From positions 4,960,001 through 5,024,000 of the forward strand of contig NC_090357.1 of NCBI RefSeq assembly GCF_035084215.1: a stretch of DNA of 64,000 nucleotides, given 5' to 3'. Source of the DNA: Heptranchias perlo (lineage: Eukaryota). Shown piece by piece: positions 13,075-26,409 of this stretch (the first letter of the stretch is position 1; each line of letters begins with the position of its first letter). A program made the position numbers and the translations under genes. The notes beneath the pieces are model-generated. The model had not been told where the DNA came from and did no database searches. It saw only the letters and a program-made list of their open reading frames with translations.

Positions 13075-13670
13075 CACGTTGCACTTGTCTATATTAAAAT
13101 TCATCTGTCATCGTTCTGGCCGTTTACATATTTTGTTTAACTCATTCTGTAATTTCTGAGCTGCCTTTTCTGATTCCACTGCCCCTCCGGGCTTGGAATC
13201 CTCTGCAAATTTGACCACTTTCCATTGAGTTTCTGTGTCCAGGCCACTTATGTAAATTAGAAACAGTCGTGGTCCCAGCCTGAGCCCTGGGTCACCCCAT
13301 TCAGTACCCCCCCCCCCCAACTCTGACATAACTCCTCTAACAAGTGCTCATTGTTTCCTACCCTTCAGTCAGTTTCTTATCCATTCCTAGGATTTACTCT
13401 GAATCTGCACAGTTTTCAGTTTATTGATAGTCTTTTGTGTGGGATTTCTCAAAGTTGAGATACACCAGGACATTGGGCTTTCCAATGCCCACTTGGGTTG
13501 TCATTTCCTCAAGGAAGTCAAAAAGATTGGTCAGGCACGCTCTTCCCCTTTGGAATCCGTGTTGATCGCTGTTTACCAGATTGTTGTACAAATGGTCCTC
13601 AAGGTTCTCCAGAATTTTAATTTAGCTCCACAATCTGGTCTCGTCACCTTTGCCAATTATGTACATTTTA
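13075..13670 (-). mobile_element. Old CR1 RT fragment
   Basis: Degenerate LGPRLFLIYISGLD...KFAEDSK motif in ORF 13108-13329. Confidence 0.65.
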
Positions 13671-14132
13671 GATGGAAGCCATACTTGGAGACCAAACCAT
13701 CCATTATTTAGATTGCCCTCTGCTGAGCTTCAGTGTCCCAAACGGATGGGGGCGGGGGGAGTAAGATGGCTGGCTGAGAGGTTGGAGGACAGACCAACAA
13801 GTGGGCAGGGGTAAATGTGCAAAGTGTCCCTCCCAGTGCAAAGGCACATTGCCCAGAAACACACGGCAGAATATCAGGGCTACAGTATTGTAGAGCCATC
13901 TCCACTTTACGGGCACCTCTGGAGAGGCTCTGGAGCGGAGCCTTGCAAAATTGGCCCTCACGTGTTTCGAAAATAATTCAACATCAAAAGTCCGGTACTT
14001 GCAGGATTAATTACATGAAGTAATCTTTGCCAATTTTCGTTTAGATAAAATATAACTACAGTAAGTAGAGATAAGTTAATCCATGCATCAGATGGAAAAC
14101 CAATGAACAGCTGAAAATGAACTATGTACATT

Positions 14133-15040
14133 TTTTTATTCGTTCATGGGATGTGGGCGTCGCTGGCAAGGCCAGCATTTATTGCCCATCCCTAATTGCC
14201 CTTGAGAAGGTGGTGGGGAGTTCCAGGATTTTGACCCAGCGATGATGAAGGAACGGCGATATATTTCCAAGTCGGGATGGTGTGTAACTTGGAGGGGAAC
14301 GTGCAGGTGGTGTTGTTCCCATGTGCCTGCTGCCCTTGTCCTTCTAGGTGGTAGAGGTCGCGAGTTTGGGAGGTGCTGTCGAAGAAGCCTTGGCGAGTTG
14401 CTGCAGTACATCCTGTGGATGGTACACACTGCAGCCACGGTGCGCCGGTGGTGAAGGGAGTCAATGTTTAGGGTAGTGGATGGGGTGCCAATCAAGCGGG
14501 CTGCTTTGTCCTGGATGGTGTCGAGCTTCTTGAGTGTTGTTGGAGCTGCACTCATCCAGGCAAGTGGAGAGTATTCCATCACACTCCTGACTTGTGCCTT
14601 GTAGATGGTGGAAAGGCTTTTGGGAGTCAGGAGATGAGTCACTTGCCGCAGAATACCCAGCCTCTGACCTGCTCTTATAGCCACAGTATTTATGTGGCTG
14701 GTCCAGTTAAGTTTCAATGGTGACCCCCAGGATGTTGATGATGGGGGATTCGGCGATGGAATGCCGTTGAATGTCAAGGGGAGGTGGTTAGACTCTCTCT
14801 TGTTGGAGATGGTCATTGCCTGGCACTTGTTTGGCGCGAATGTTACTTGCCACTTATCAGTCCAAGCCTGGATGTTGTCCAGGTCTTGCTGCATGCGGGC
14901 ACGGACTTCTTCATTATCTGAGGGGTTGTGAATGGAACTGAACACTGTGCAATCATCAGCAAACATCCCTATTTCTGACCTTATGATGGAGGGAAGTCAT
15001 TGATGAAGCAGCTGAAGATGATTGGGCCTAGGACACTGCC
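14133..15040 (-). mobile_element. LINE family B, RT and 3' fragment
   Basis: ORF 14136-14966 begins MFADDCTVF; near-identical to 9706-10462. Confidence 0.88.
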
Positions 15041-15777
15041 CAATTATTAAGGTGAGTCACGCACAAATCCAACATTCGATGTACCCACATGGCTGCCTGC
15101 TTTATCGACGTGTTAATTTGCTTTGTGCTTTTGATTTCCATAATTTTCTTTTGTTGTACTCTTCCTGGATTATTATGAAATTAAGTTCTGGCAGTTTAAC
15201 ACTTGGAATTATGCCTGGCATCTTCTAATGCTGGTCCCAAGGAGAGGCCAATTTGACAATGAAATCACCTCCAGGGATTTAAAAACTCTTGGAATTTCAT
15301 GTAACATGACAATTATTGAGAAAACATGGATATCAAGCGAGGAAAGAAAGGGCTTGAGAAAGAATGAGAATATAAAGGTCATTCAGTCCACTGAGCCTGA
15401 TTCTCCCCAGATTTTGTACAATTTGCCTTATAGATTCTCCCCAATCCATGCAAACTGTAAATAAACTGGCAAGAAGATATGTTTCTGTGACATGTCCCTC
15501 CAGTCCCTAAGGCTAATGAGGAGGCCCTCCAAAACATTAATCCGTGCTAATCAGCTCCGACTAATCAGATTTTACAATGGACACATCCAACGGTCCCACC
15601 AGTGCAAGAACCAGCATGTAGAATAGTGTCTGATGACCTGTGTCTGACCTCATCCCCATAGTCTCAACGTGACCCAGTTGTAGCACTCTCTCCTCCGGTC
15701 AGGACATCAGAGAACTCAACGCACGTCTTGAAAATGACATCTCTAACATCCACCTCAGTTTAACACCTCATTCAAAG

Positions 15778-16212
15778 GCGTCAGCTGTGGCTCAGTGGGT
15801 AGCCCTCTAACTCAAGAAGGTTGTGGGTTTAAGTCCCACTCCAAGAAACTTGAGCACAAATATCTAGGCTGACACTCCCAGTGCAGTATCCGAGGGAGTG
15901 CTGCACTGTCAGAGGTGCTGTCTTTTGGATGAGATGTTAAACCAAGGTTACGTCTGCCCTCTCAGGTGGATATAAATGATCCCATGGCACTATTTTGAAG
16001 AAGCGCATGGGATTTCGACCCGGCGCCTGGGCCAATATTTATTCCTCTATTGAAATCACTCATACAGATTATCTGCTCGTTATCTCATTGCAGTTTGTGG
16101 GACCTTGCTCTGCGAAAATTGGCTTTCGCCAGTGGCGGTACTTCATTGGCTGTAAAGCGCTTTGGAACGTCCTGCGGTCATGAAAGGCGCTATAGAAATG
16201 CAAGTCTTACTT
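15778..16212 (+). mobile_element. DeuSINE (SacSINE1-like)
   Basis: Head, body and tail match 47-482. Confidence 0.8.
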
Positions 16213-16429
16213 TTACCCTTCAATGGAGCTCTTCAACGGGCATTTATCCAACTCACAGATGCAACTAAGAGTTGAAGGATCACATCCCATAAGAATATAA
16301 GAAACATAAGAACATATGTTCTGAGCTTTAATCTCTCTTTCCGTCTTTGTGCTCTGTGTAATCCTTTAGAGAAATAGCAATGAGCACCTCTCCTAGGTGA
16401 TTAGTCTAGGCTGGTGCTTTGAGACAGAT

Positions 16430-18010
16430 AAACATAAAAGTATAAGAAACATAAGAAATAGGAGCAGGAGTAGGCCATACGGCCCCTCGAGCCTGCTCCG
16501 CCAATCAATCAGATCATGGCTGATCTTCGACCTCAACTCCACTTTCCCGTCGGATCCCCACATCCCTTGATTCCGCTAGAGTCCAAAAATCTATCGATCT
16601 CAGCCTTCAATGTATTCAACAATACAACATCCACAGCCCTCTGGGGAAGAGAATTCCAAAGATTCACAACCCTCTGAGTGAAGAAATTCCTCCTCATCTG
16701 AGTATAAAATGGCTGACCCTTTATCCTGCGACTATGCCCCCTAGTTCTAGACTCTCCAACTATGGGAAACAGCCTCTCAATATCTATCCTGTCAAGCCCC
16801 CTCATAATCTTATATGTTTCAATGAGATCACCTCTCATTCTTCTAACCTCCAGAGAGTATAGGCCCATTCTACTCAACCTCTCTTCATAGGACAACCCTT
16901 TGTTGCACCGCCTCTAAGGCAAGTAGATAAGGAGACCAAAACTGTACCCAGTACATCAGGTGAGGTCTCACCAAAGCCCTGTACAACTGTAGTAAGACTT
17001 CCTTACCCTTATACTCCAACCCCCTTGCAATAAAGGCCAACATGCTATTTGCTTTCCTAATTGCTTGCTGTACCTGCATGCTAACTTTTTGTGTTTCTTG
17101 TACGAGGACATCCAAGTCTCTCTGAACGCCAATATGTAATAGTTTCTCACCAATTTAAAAATATTCTGTTTTTCTATTCCTCCTACCAAAGTGAATAACC
17201 TCACATTTCCTCACATTATACTCCATTTGCCACCTTCTTGCCCACTCACTTATCTGTCTATATCCCTTTCCAGACTCTTTGTGTCCTCCTCACAGCTTAC
17301 TTTCCCATCTTGCTTTGTATCATCAGCAAACTTGGATACATTACACTCGGTCCCTTCATCCAAGTCATGAATACAGATTGTAAACAGCTGAGGCCCAAGC
17401 ACTGATCCTTGCGGCACCCCACTAGTTACAGCCTGCCAACCTGAAAATGACCCGTTTATCCCTACTCTCTGTTTCCTGTGCGTTAATCAATCCTCTATCC
17501 ATGCTAATATGTTACCCCCAACCCCATGAGCCCTTACCTTGTGTAACAACCTTTTCTGTGGCACCTTATTGAATGCCTTTTGAAAATCCAAATATACTAC
17601 GTCCACTGGTTCCCCTTTATCTACCCTGCTAGTTACATCCTCAAAAAACTCTAATAAATTTGTCAAACATGATTTCCCTTTCATAAAACCATGTTGACTC
17701 TGCCTAATCATATTATGATTTTCTAAGTGCCCTGTTACCACTTCCTTAATAATGGATTCCAGCATTTTCCTGACGACTGATGTCAGGCTAACTGGCCTGT
17801 AGTTGCCCGTTTCCTCCTTTCTTGAATAGCGGGGTTACATTTGCTACCTTCCAATCCACTGGGACCATTCTAGAATCTAGGGAATTTTGGAAGATCAAAA
17901 CCATTGCAGCCACCTCTTTTAGAACCCTAGGATGCAGCCCATCAGCTCCAGGGGGTTTGTCGGCTTTTAGTCCCATTCTCCAGTACTTTCTCTTTACTAA
18001 TATTAATTAC
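16430..18010 (-). mobile_element. CR1 LINE ORF2 fragment with 3' tail
   Basis: ORFs SQHGFMKGKSCLTNLLEFFE, YLDFQKAF and YEERLSRMGLYSLE, with an (AAGAAACAT)-type tail. Confidence 0.9.
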
Positions 18011-18117
18011 TAAAGCATGTAATTAATAAAACATGCGTGCTTTCTTTTCCAATTCTCTCCTCAAACCGCCGAATCATGACGGAGTTTGATTCCAAGGGCA
18101 TCAACTGGCCTCTGATA

Positions 18118-18535
18118 ACAACAACTTGCACCTTTCACAACCTCAGGATGTCCCAACGTACTTTACAGCCAATTAAGTTCTTTCGAAGTGTTGCAATGTA
18201 GGAAACACGGCAGCCAATTTGCACACAGCAATGAAATAAATGACCAGATCATCTGTTTTAGTGATGTTGGTTGAGGGATAAAAATTGGCCAGGACACCGG
18301 GGAGAACTCCCCTGCTCTTCTTCCAATAGTGACGTGGGATCTTTTACGTCCACCTGAGAGGGCAGACGAGGCCTCGGTCTAATATCTCATCCAAAAGTCA
18401 GCAGCTACCGACAGTGCAGCACTCCCTCAGTGTCAGCCTAGATCTTGTGCTCAAATCTCTGGCGTGGGAATTGAACCCACAACCTTCTGACTTAGTAGGT
18501 GAGAACAGCAACCACTGAGCCGCCGTTGAACACCT
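18118..18535 (-). mobile_element. DeuSINE (SacSINE1-like)
   Basis: Reverse-complement match to the family. Confidence 0.78.
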
Positions 18536-19532
18536 AGTACAGGGTTAACGTAGGACTACATCCCAAGGCATTTCACAGGCGTGTACTCAGACAAAATTTG
18601 ACATCAAGCCAGAGAAGGAGTCTAAAAGTTTGGTCAAAGGGGTAGGTTTTAGAGGAGGGTCTTAAAGGAGGAGAGGTGCAGAGACAGAGATATTCTGGGA
18701 GGAAATCCTAGACAGCTAATAACTTGCCAGAGTGGCCATTAATCATGCGTGAGCCTAATCTTGGTGCATTCAGCAGGCTCTAAGTGTGGACCTAAACCCA
18801 TGAGGGACCCAAGCTGAGGGTACAACATGGTTTCAGCTTCTTCAAGGTAGGGAGGGCAAAAGTCAGCTAGGATTCCCGCTCCTGGTCACAGTCCTTTTTA
18901 TCCCTTTTTGGAAAGTGCGCAGTGTGTGTGTAAGGGCAAGATCGGACCGGACTGTGATGCTCCCCCAATATTCAAATAGCCAAGTGATAGTCACTGTTGA
19001 GACTCACACCTGAAGAATGCAAACTTGGCTGAGGTTCTGGAGAGAGACCGTCCCCAAGGCCCATTAACATCATCAAGAGAGGAGGTGAACGAACTGGAGA
19101 AAGTATTAAAAAAACTAATCACAAAGTGTTATTTCAATCACATTTACTTTATTTTTTAACTATGTTACAACTAACAAATATTCAGAATCCCTGACAATCC
19201 CATCATATAACTCCGGCAATACTGAAACCTTCCCAAAGGGGAAAACACCATGAAAAAGATATAAAAACAGTATAATTTCTCAAAATACTTTAACCCTTTC
19301 TAAATAGTTCAGCAGTACGTGTTTGATGTATTGGGGAAGGTTCCCCACGGTGACCATTTCCAATGTAGCTATTAGCTCACTCAGTTGGAACTCATTTACA
19401 ATTTTGCTAGAAACAGCCACCGGGGCGATCTCCCCGCTGTGTTTACGATGTCGCTAATGCACAGCAACCGGGAGAGTTACGCCTTTGTCGGAAAAAAAAG
19501 TAAACAGAAATCTTTTGTTGATCAAGTAAAGT

Positions 19533-19918
19533 TAGGGGGTTGCCAACCCTCCAGGATTGTCCTGGAGGCTCCAGGAATTGAAGATTAATCTCCAGGACGC
19601 TGCTGCGAGCAAAACCCGGGAGAAAAAATCATAGCGTTAAAAAATTTTTTGTGTTTCTTCATTTTCTTTGAACACTTTCGTTAGTTATAAAAATATTGGA
19701 AATGGGGGGAGAAAAAGGCTGTTTGACCAATGGTCATGAATCATCCAATCAGGTAGCGAAAAGTCTGCTCTTTTTCCAATTGGCCGTGAGAAGGCGGGGG
19801 CACCGCGAGGATGGACGTGTCGGGTGACCAATGGCGGAGCGTGGCCGGGTGGGGGGTGGGGGCCAGTTCATGTGATGAAACCTTCTGGAATACGTCCAAG
19901 CAGAGTTGGCAATCCCTG
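19533..19918. mobile_element. hAT-type non-autonomous element (MITE)
   Basis: Termini TAGGGGGTTGCCAAC / GTTGGCAATCCCTG and an 8-bp TSD with one mismatch (AGTAAAGT 19525-19532, AGTGAAGT 19919-19926). Related copy at 55164-55376. Confidence 0.7.
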
Positions 19919-21639
19919 AGTGAAGTAAAGTGTGTCCCACATTGCATTCAGGATCAGGAGCGGAGACCACACTTAACTAAAACCACCCAAGCTGGAATTG
20001 TCTTTTCCGATTTGGACAGTGGCCAACTTTGTTTACACCAGAGACAGACTGCGAGCAGGCTGAAGGCGGAAATAGCAAACCCATGACAAAAAAAAAAATC
20101 CTGCCTAGCTAGGTACAGCTCGGCTCACTTCAATCTGGTTTGTGAACAGTTCCCGGATAGAGCCTAGACGGGTCTAGAACAGGCGTTCAAGCAAGCAAGT
20201 GCAGCTTGACTGTTGAAAGGGTTTAAGGTTAGTTGGAACACTAAACGTTGAAGGGACAATGCAAGCACAGCTACGCAAGGGAGAGAGAGGCATATGGTTG
20301 TGGAATGTCACGCATCTTATGGGCAGACTTAGACTGAGCATGCACACTTGACACTAAGCATCATGGGATCGGGATATTGCCATGGCAACCGAACAGAAGA
20401 TGGGGCTCAAATTCGGTGGACATTCCGCTGGTCTTGGTTGTAACTCTAGCGGGAGACTAGGAAACACCATTTCAGCCCCGATTACTATAATAATAAATTT
20501 ATGCCATTTGTTGGCAGTGTGGTGCCATGCAGTGGAACGCTATACACTCCTTCTGGACTTGGGACTTCCAATCCAGCTCAAACATGGTTGCAAAGTTCTC
20601 CTTTCTGCGCGAAAATAGGTCGTCTCAGTCCAGCTCTTAATGAGCTCAATTTCTGGCACAAAATTACCCACACTATTGGCACAAGAAAACTGAAAAAAAG
20701 GGTGTGTTTTTGTGATGTGCAAAAACAAATGTGTTCAAAAATATTCCGTTCCATCACCTGGAGGTGAATGGGGTGTTATTCCCTCTTCTTCCAAGGGAGA
20801 AAGACATTGGAAGACATCTTGAGGCGTCCATTTTATAAATCTCCAGTCTAAACCTCCATTTTGAGAATTCTCCTATTCTTGGATTAACAAGGTGATTGGA
20901 CAAGAAGAACAGTATCCCATGATGCACTCAGGATTCGTTGGCCATGCCCAAATGGAGAGATTGGAGTCTCCCAAATCTTTGCAGCAGATGTTTCGAGACA
21001 TTATTTTTTTAAAAACAAACTGAAAGTCAGCAACAATGAATCAGAACGCCATGCAGCAATTAGCATGGGTGTGCATTATTTTAACGGTAATGTATGGCCT
21101 ATTCATTGCTGCCCAATTATAACATGCACATTAACATCCCTAATTAGAATTCACCACACTATGACACTTGCCATGACGTGTAGCGCGATATATACACGGC
21201 GATGGCGTGAAGCGGTGCTCACGTTGACACTGCATGTATCAGCGTTACGCCTGCGCACAGTTTGGAGGTTCATGGCATGCACGACTGAGCTAGCACGGTT
21301 TCACAGCACAGCGAAAGGCGCCCGCGTTTAATGTGAAGCAGCGTGGATGGACACGGTGGCGAATCAGTAATATTCCATCAGGCGCAAAGACCAACTGTTG
21401 TGACCAGTGGCAGATGATCCTTAGCCCCCTGGGTTTGGCCTACTGCTGCCTGCAAAATGGGAAACATAATTGGAGCAAAGTTAGCATGAATTTGAACCTC
21501 AATCCCAGGAATCTCAACTCTGAATAATTCATTTTACATTTAACCTATCAGGTTTCCTGAATCTTCCACTCTGACGTGGGATCTTAGTGTCTTCTGGAAT
21601 GCCATCTGCTGCCTCCTTCGTTTACAGGAAGGAAGGAAC

Positions 21640-23150
21640 GAACAGACTTGTATTGATATAGCGCCTTTCACAACCTCCGGATGTCCCAAAGCCCTTTACA
21701 GACAATTTTTAAAAATTAATTTTCGGGATGCAGTCACTTGTAACGTGCCCTGAGAAGGTCATCTTCTGTTCAATGCAACTGAGTGGCTTGTGAGGTCACT
21801 TCAGAGGGCAGTTAACAATCATAGAATTATAGAGTGATACAGCACAGAAGGAGGCCATTCGACCCATCGTGCCTGTGCTGGCTCGTTGACAGAGCTATTC
21901 AATTAGTCCCTCTACCCCTGCGCTTTCCCCATAGCCCTGCAATTTTTTCCCCTTCTAGTATATATCTAATTCACTTTTGAAAGTTATTATTGAATCTGCT
22001 TCCATCACCCTTTTAGGCAGCGCATTCCAGAAATAGAAACTATTCAAGCCCTAACCTTAATCGTGATTCTTGGACTTTATTAAATTCTCCTCAACTCCCC
22101 TCTAGTTCATTTGCCAATTACCTTAAATCTGCATCCTCTGGGCACTGACCCTCCTGCCAGTGGAAACAATTTCTCCTTATTTACTCTATTAAATCTCCCC
22201 TTACCCTTCTCTGCTCTAAGGAGAAAAATCCCAGCCTCTCCAGTCTCTCCATATAACTGAAGTCCCTCACCGCTGGTACCATTCTAGTAAATCTCCTCCG
22301 TACCCTCTCCAAGGCCTTGACATCTTCAATGAACTGCGTTGGTGTGGGACTGGAGTCACCTATAGGCCGGGTAAGGACGGCAGGTTTCCTTCCCTAAAAA
22401 AAACAGCGAACCACTTGGGATTTTACAAAAATCTAACAGTTTCACGGTCACTTTTACTGGTTACCAGCTTTTTATTTCCAGGCTTTTAAAACTGTATTTA
22501 AATTCTTTAACTGCCATGCTGCGATTTGAACTTTACCAGTTAACTAGTCCAGGCCACTGGATTATTAGTCCAGTAAAATAACCACAGCACAACAGTACCC
22601 AGTATTTTGAAGTGTATTCACTATTATAATGTAGGGCAATGCAGCAACCAATTTGCACACAGCAAGGTCCAACAAACACAGTGAGATAAATGACCAGATA
22701 ATCTGTTTTTTGATGGTGGTTGGTTGACAGACACTGGGGAGAATTCCCCTGCTCTTCTTTGAACAGTTGTAAACAATTTTACAACACCAAGTTATAGTCC
22801 AACAAATTTATTTTAAATTCCACAAGCCTCCGAAAGCTTGTGGAATTTAAAATAAATTTGTTGGACTATAACTTGGTGTTGTAAAATTGTTTACAATTGT
22901 CAACCCCAGTCCATCACCGGCATCTCCACATCATGGCTTCTTTGAACAGTGACATGGGATCTTTTAAGCCCACCTGAGAGGGCAGACAGGGCCTCAGTTT
23001 AATGTCTCATCCAGTAAATAGCACTGCTGACAGAGCAGGGCTCCCCTAGTACCCAGCCTAGATTATGTGCTCAAGTCTTTGAAGTGGGACTTGAACCCAC
23101 AATCTTCTAGACTCAGGGGGCAAGAGTGCTACCCACTGAGCCACGTCTGA
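21640..23150 (-). mobile_element. Nested cluster: DeuSINE interrupted by a second SINE (itself interrupted by CR1) and by a hairpin insertion
   Basis: The DeuSINE tail at 21640-21705 resumes at ~22603. The second SINE occupies ~21706-21820 and ~22326-22602, and CR1 occupies ~21821-22325. Confidence 0.7.
22768..22936. mobile_element. 169-bp palindromic insertion, probable Penelope-like element remnant
   Basis: 14-bp TSD CTTCTTTGAACAGT (22754-22767 and 22937-22950). Perfect 61-bp inverted repeat (22767-22827 / 22836-22896) with loop CTCCGAAA. The family assignment is from memory of shark repeats. Confidence 0.65.
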
Positions 23151-23183
23151 TACCGCGACGTAAGCTAGGTCTGACAGAGATCC

Positions 23184-23383
23184 TTACTTTGCGTCTTCTT
23201 CCTGATTGCCTTCACCGTCTGTTTTCCCTCCCTCTTCTCTTTTCTGATCTTCAGACTGAAGGTCCTGTTTCTTTTTCCTCCTCACACACTTCACAATCAC
23301 TGAAGTCAGAATGATGACTGCCAGCAACCCTCCGACAGAAGCCCCTATAATCGCAGCGACTGTGGAGTCACGTTCAGGGGCCA
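23184..23383 (-). CDS. SCN2B: SCN2B exon 4 (transmembrane helix and cytoplasmic tail, TAA stop)
   Basis: Acceptor CTTTCAG|TG, 200 bp, encoding (V)APERDSTVAAIIGASVGGLLAVIILTSVIVKCVRRKKKQDLQSEDQKREEGGKTDGEGNQEEDAK*. Confidence 0.96.
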
Positions 23384-23659
23384 CTGAAAGAAGAACACCA
23401 AACTATCAGCAATGGTCTACTTCATTTACACAGAGGTTCTCTTGTTAAATGTATACTTTTGAAGGGAAAAATTAATGCAGGGACAATCTCCATTCTATTA
23501 AACATTTAAATAAGGTGACTTTAGGGGATTTTGTGCCCAGCAGTATGTCAGTTGGGAATAGCATCGCTGTGGTCCCTCACAGCGCTAATTTGTGCCAAAT
23601 TGTAGTCTGTTACATGCTGTAGACTGGACCTATCAGAAACTGGGTTGAGACTGGTGCCA

Positions 23660-25535
23660 TACAACAACTTGCATTTATATAGCGCCTTTAACATAGTAAA
23701 ACGTCCCAAGGCGCTTCACAGCAACATAATCAGGCAAGACTTGACACCAAGCCACATATGGAGCTATTAGGAAGAGGTAAGTCTTAAGGAGCGCCTTAAA
23801 GGAGGAGAGAGAGGTAGAGAGGTAGAGAGGCGGAGAGGTTTAGGGAGGGAATTCCAGAGCTTAGGGCCTAGGCAGCTGAAGGCACGGCGCCAAAGGGAGA
23901 GCAATTAAAATCAGGGATGTGCAAGACACCAGAATTGGAGGAGTGCAAAGTTCTTGGAGGGTTGTAGAGCTGGAGGAGGTTACAGAGATAGGGAGGGAGT
24001 GAGGGGGCGGAGCGATTTGAAAACAAGGATGCGAATTTTAAAATTGAGGCGTTGCCAGACCGGGAGCCAATGTCGGTCAACGAGCGAATAACAGGACACT
24101 TAGAAAATATCAACGGGATTAGACAAAGTCAACATGGATTTATGAAAGGGAAACCATGTTTGACAAACCTACTGGAGTTTTTTGAGGATGTAACTGGTAG
24201 AATAGATAAGGGAGAACCAGTGGATGTGGTTTATTTGGATTTTCAGAAGGCCTTTGATAAAGTCCTACATAAGAGGTTAGTGTGCAAAATTAAAGCACAT
24301 GGGATTGGGGTAACATATTGGCATGGATTGAAAATTGGTTAACAGACAGGAAACAGAGAGTAGGAATTAATGGGTCTTTTTCGGGGTGGCAGGCAGTGAC
24401 TAGTGGGGTACCGCAGGGATCAGTGCTTGGGCCCCAGCTATTCCAAATTTGCTGACGACTAGGTGGGATCGTGAGTTGTGAGGAGGATGCAAAGAGGCTT
24501 CATGGCGATTTAGACAAGTTGAGTGAGTGGGCAAATACATGGCAGATGCAGTATAATGCGGATAAATGTGAAGTTATCCACTTCGGAAGGAAAAACAGAA
24601 AAGCAGAGTATTATTTAAATTGTGATAGATTGGGAAATGTTGAATGTACAAAGGGACCTGGGTGTCCTTGTACACCAGTCACTGAAAGCAAACATGCAGG
24701 TGCAGCCAGCAGTTAGGAAGGCAAATGGTATGTTGGCCTTCATTGCAAGAGGATTTGAGTACAGGAGCAAGGATGTCTTACTGCGGTTATACAGGGCCTT
24801 GGTGAGACCACACTTGGAGTATTGTGTGCAGTTTTGGTCTCCTTACCTAAGAAAGGATATACTTGCCATAGAGGGAGTGCAGCGAAGGTTCACCAGACTG
24901 ATTCCTGGGATGGCAGGACTGTCGTATGAGGAGAGATTGAGTCGACTCGGCCTGTATTCACTCGAGTTTAGAAGAATGAGAGGGGATCTCATTGAAACAT
25001 ATAAAATTCTGACAGGGCTCGACAGACTGGATGCAGGGAGGATGTTTCCCCTGGCTGGGGTCCAGAACGAAAGATCACAGTCTCAGGATACAGGGTAGGA
25101 CATTGAGGACTGAGTTGAGGAGAAATTTCTTCACTCAGAGGGTGGTGAACCTGTGGAATTCTCTACCACAGAAGGCTGTGGAGGCCAAGTCACTGAATAT
25201 ATTTAAGACGGAGATAGATAGATTTCGAGACACAAAAGGCATCAAGGGGTATGGGGAGAGAGCGGGAATATGGTATTGAGATAGAAGATCAGCCATGATC
25301 ATATTGAATAGCGAAGCAGGCTTGAAGGGCCGAATGGCCTACTCCTGCTCCTATTTTCTATGTTTCTATGTTTCTACGAGCACAGGGGTAATCTGTGAAC
25401 GGGACGTGGTGCGAATATCGGATACGGGCAGCAGAGTTTTGGATGAGCTCAAATTTACGGAGAGTGCAAGATGGAAGGCCGGCCAGGAGAGCATTGGAAT
25501 AGTTGAGTCTGGAGGTAACAATAGCATGGATGAAA
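23660..25535 (-). mobile_element. L2 3' fragment interrupted by CR1
   Basis: L2 sequence at 23660-24085 resumes at 25376-25535. Confidence 0.8.
24086..25375 (+). mobile_element. CR1 LINE ORF2 fragment inserted into L2
   Basis: RT ORFs 24052-25279, (TTTCTATG)n tail, and 6-bp direct repeat ACGAGC at 24080-24085 and 25376-25381. Confidence 0.88.
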
Positions 25536-25955
25536 CACATTTGATCTTGCAGTCATCAAAAAGTAGAGGCCTCCATCCCATCAGTCGGAGAGAGAGGTCC
25601 AGGCTAAGGTCCCAGAAATGATCTTCTCGGCCTCCTGCCAAACTTCACCTCCGTTTCTTCGTAGGACAATAAATTACTCGCTGCTTGACAAGTAGGATGT
25701 TCAAGTTTGCCTGAATCACCTTTGCCTCTTCAAAAGCTGTTAAACAAATTCTAAAATGGAACAAAATCCAAACTTTGGTTCAGACTTAAGTGGTTAGTCA
25801 GTGGGAGAAAGAACATCTGCAATAGGACATAAAAGAGCAGATATAGAAGAAAACAAAGAGCAATGCAATGGAAGATTGGAAGTAGGGGAAGGACAGACAT
25901 GTTGCAGGATTGGAGATGAAGGAATAGAGACAACAACAACATTATTTTACAATAC

Positions 25956-26166
25956 CTTCTGTGACTACGCTCAGATAGATTGTTCCCAATCCTTTGTGCC
26001 TATCAGGAGGGTTCAAGACATAACAGTTGTAAAAGCCTTCATCACTGATCTGGATGTCGTGAATAGTGACGGAGACATCGTTCTTGTCAAGGTTTCCTGA
26101 CCACTCCACCCTGCCCCAAAAGCGGTCAGTTCTGGGAATGATGACCCTGCGGCGGAATTGGACAAA
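25956..26166 (-). CDS. SCN2B: SCN2B exon 3 (second half of the Ig V domain)
   Basis: Acceptor TCCGTAG|TTT, donor GAAG|GTATTG, 211 bp, encoding FVQFRRRVIIPRTDRFWGRVEWSGNLDKNDVSVTIHDIQISDEGFYNCYVLNPPDRHKGLGTIYLSVVTE. Not in the ORF track. Confidence 0.96.
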
Positions 26167-26409
26167 CTACGGAGAAAGAGAAAAGGATAAACGTTTGTGT
26201 GGGAGGTGTCTGTCCGTTAAACTCATTGATTCCTCCGCTCTTGAAGTCTGACTTCAACCCAGCATCTCTGGCTGAGAGAGAAGTTATAGATCTGCCCTGG
26301 GACCTGCCAATGACACTCTGTAGCAGGTGCCCGTCCTCTGCTTTACGAAATCCCCATCACTCTATAATTTAAACAGCTTACACTCATCGTGCCCCCATGT
26401 TGCTCTCAG

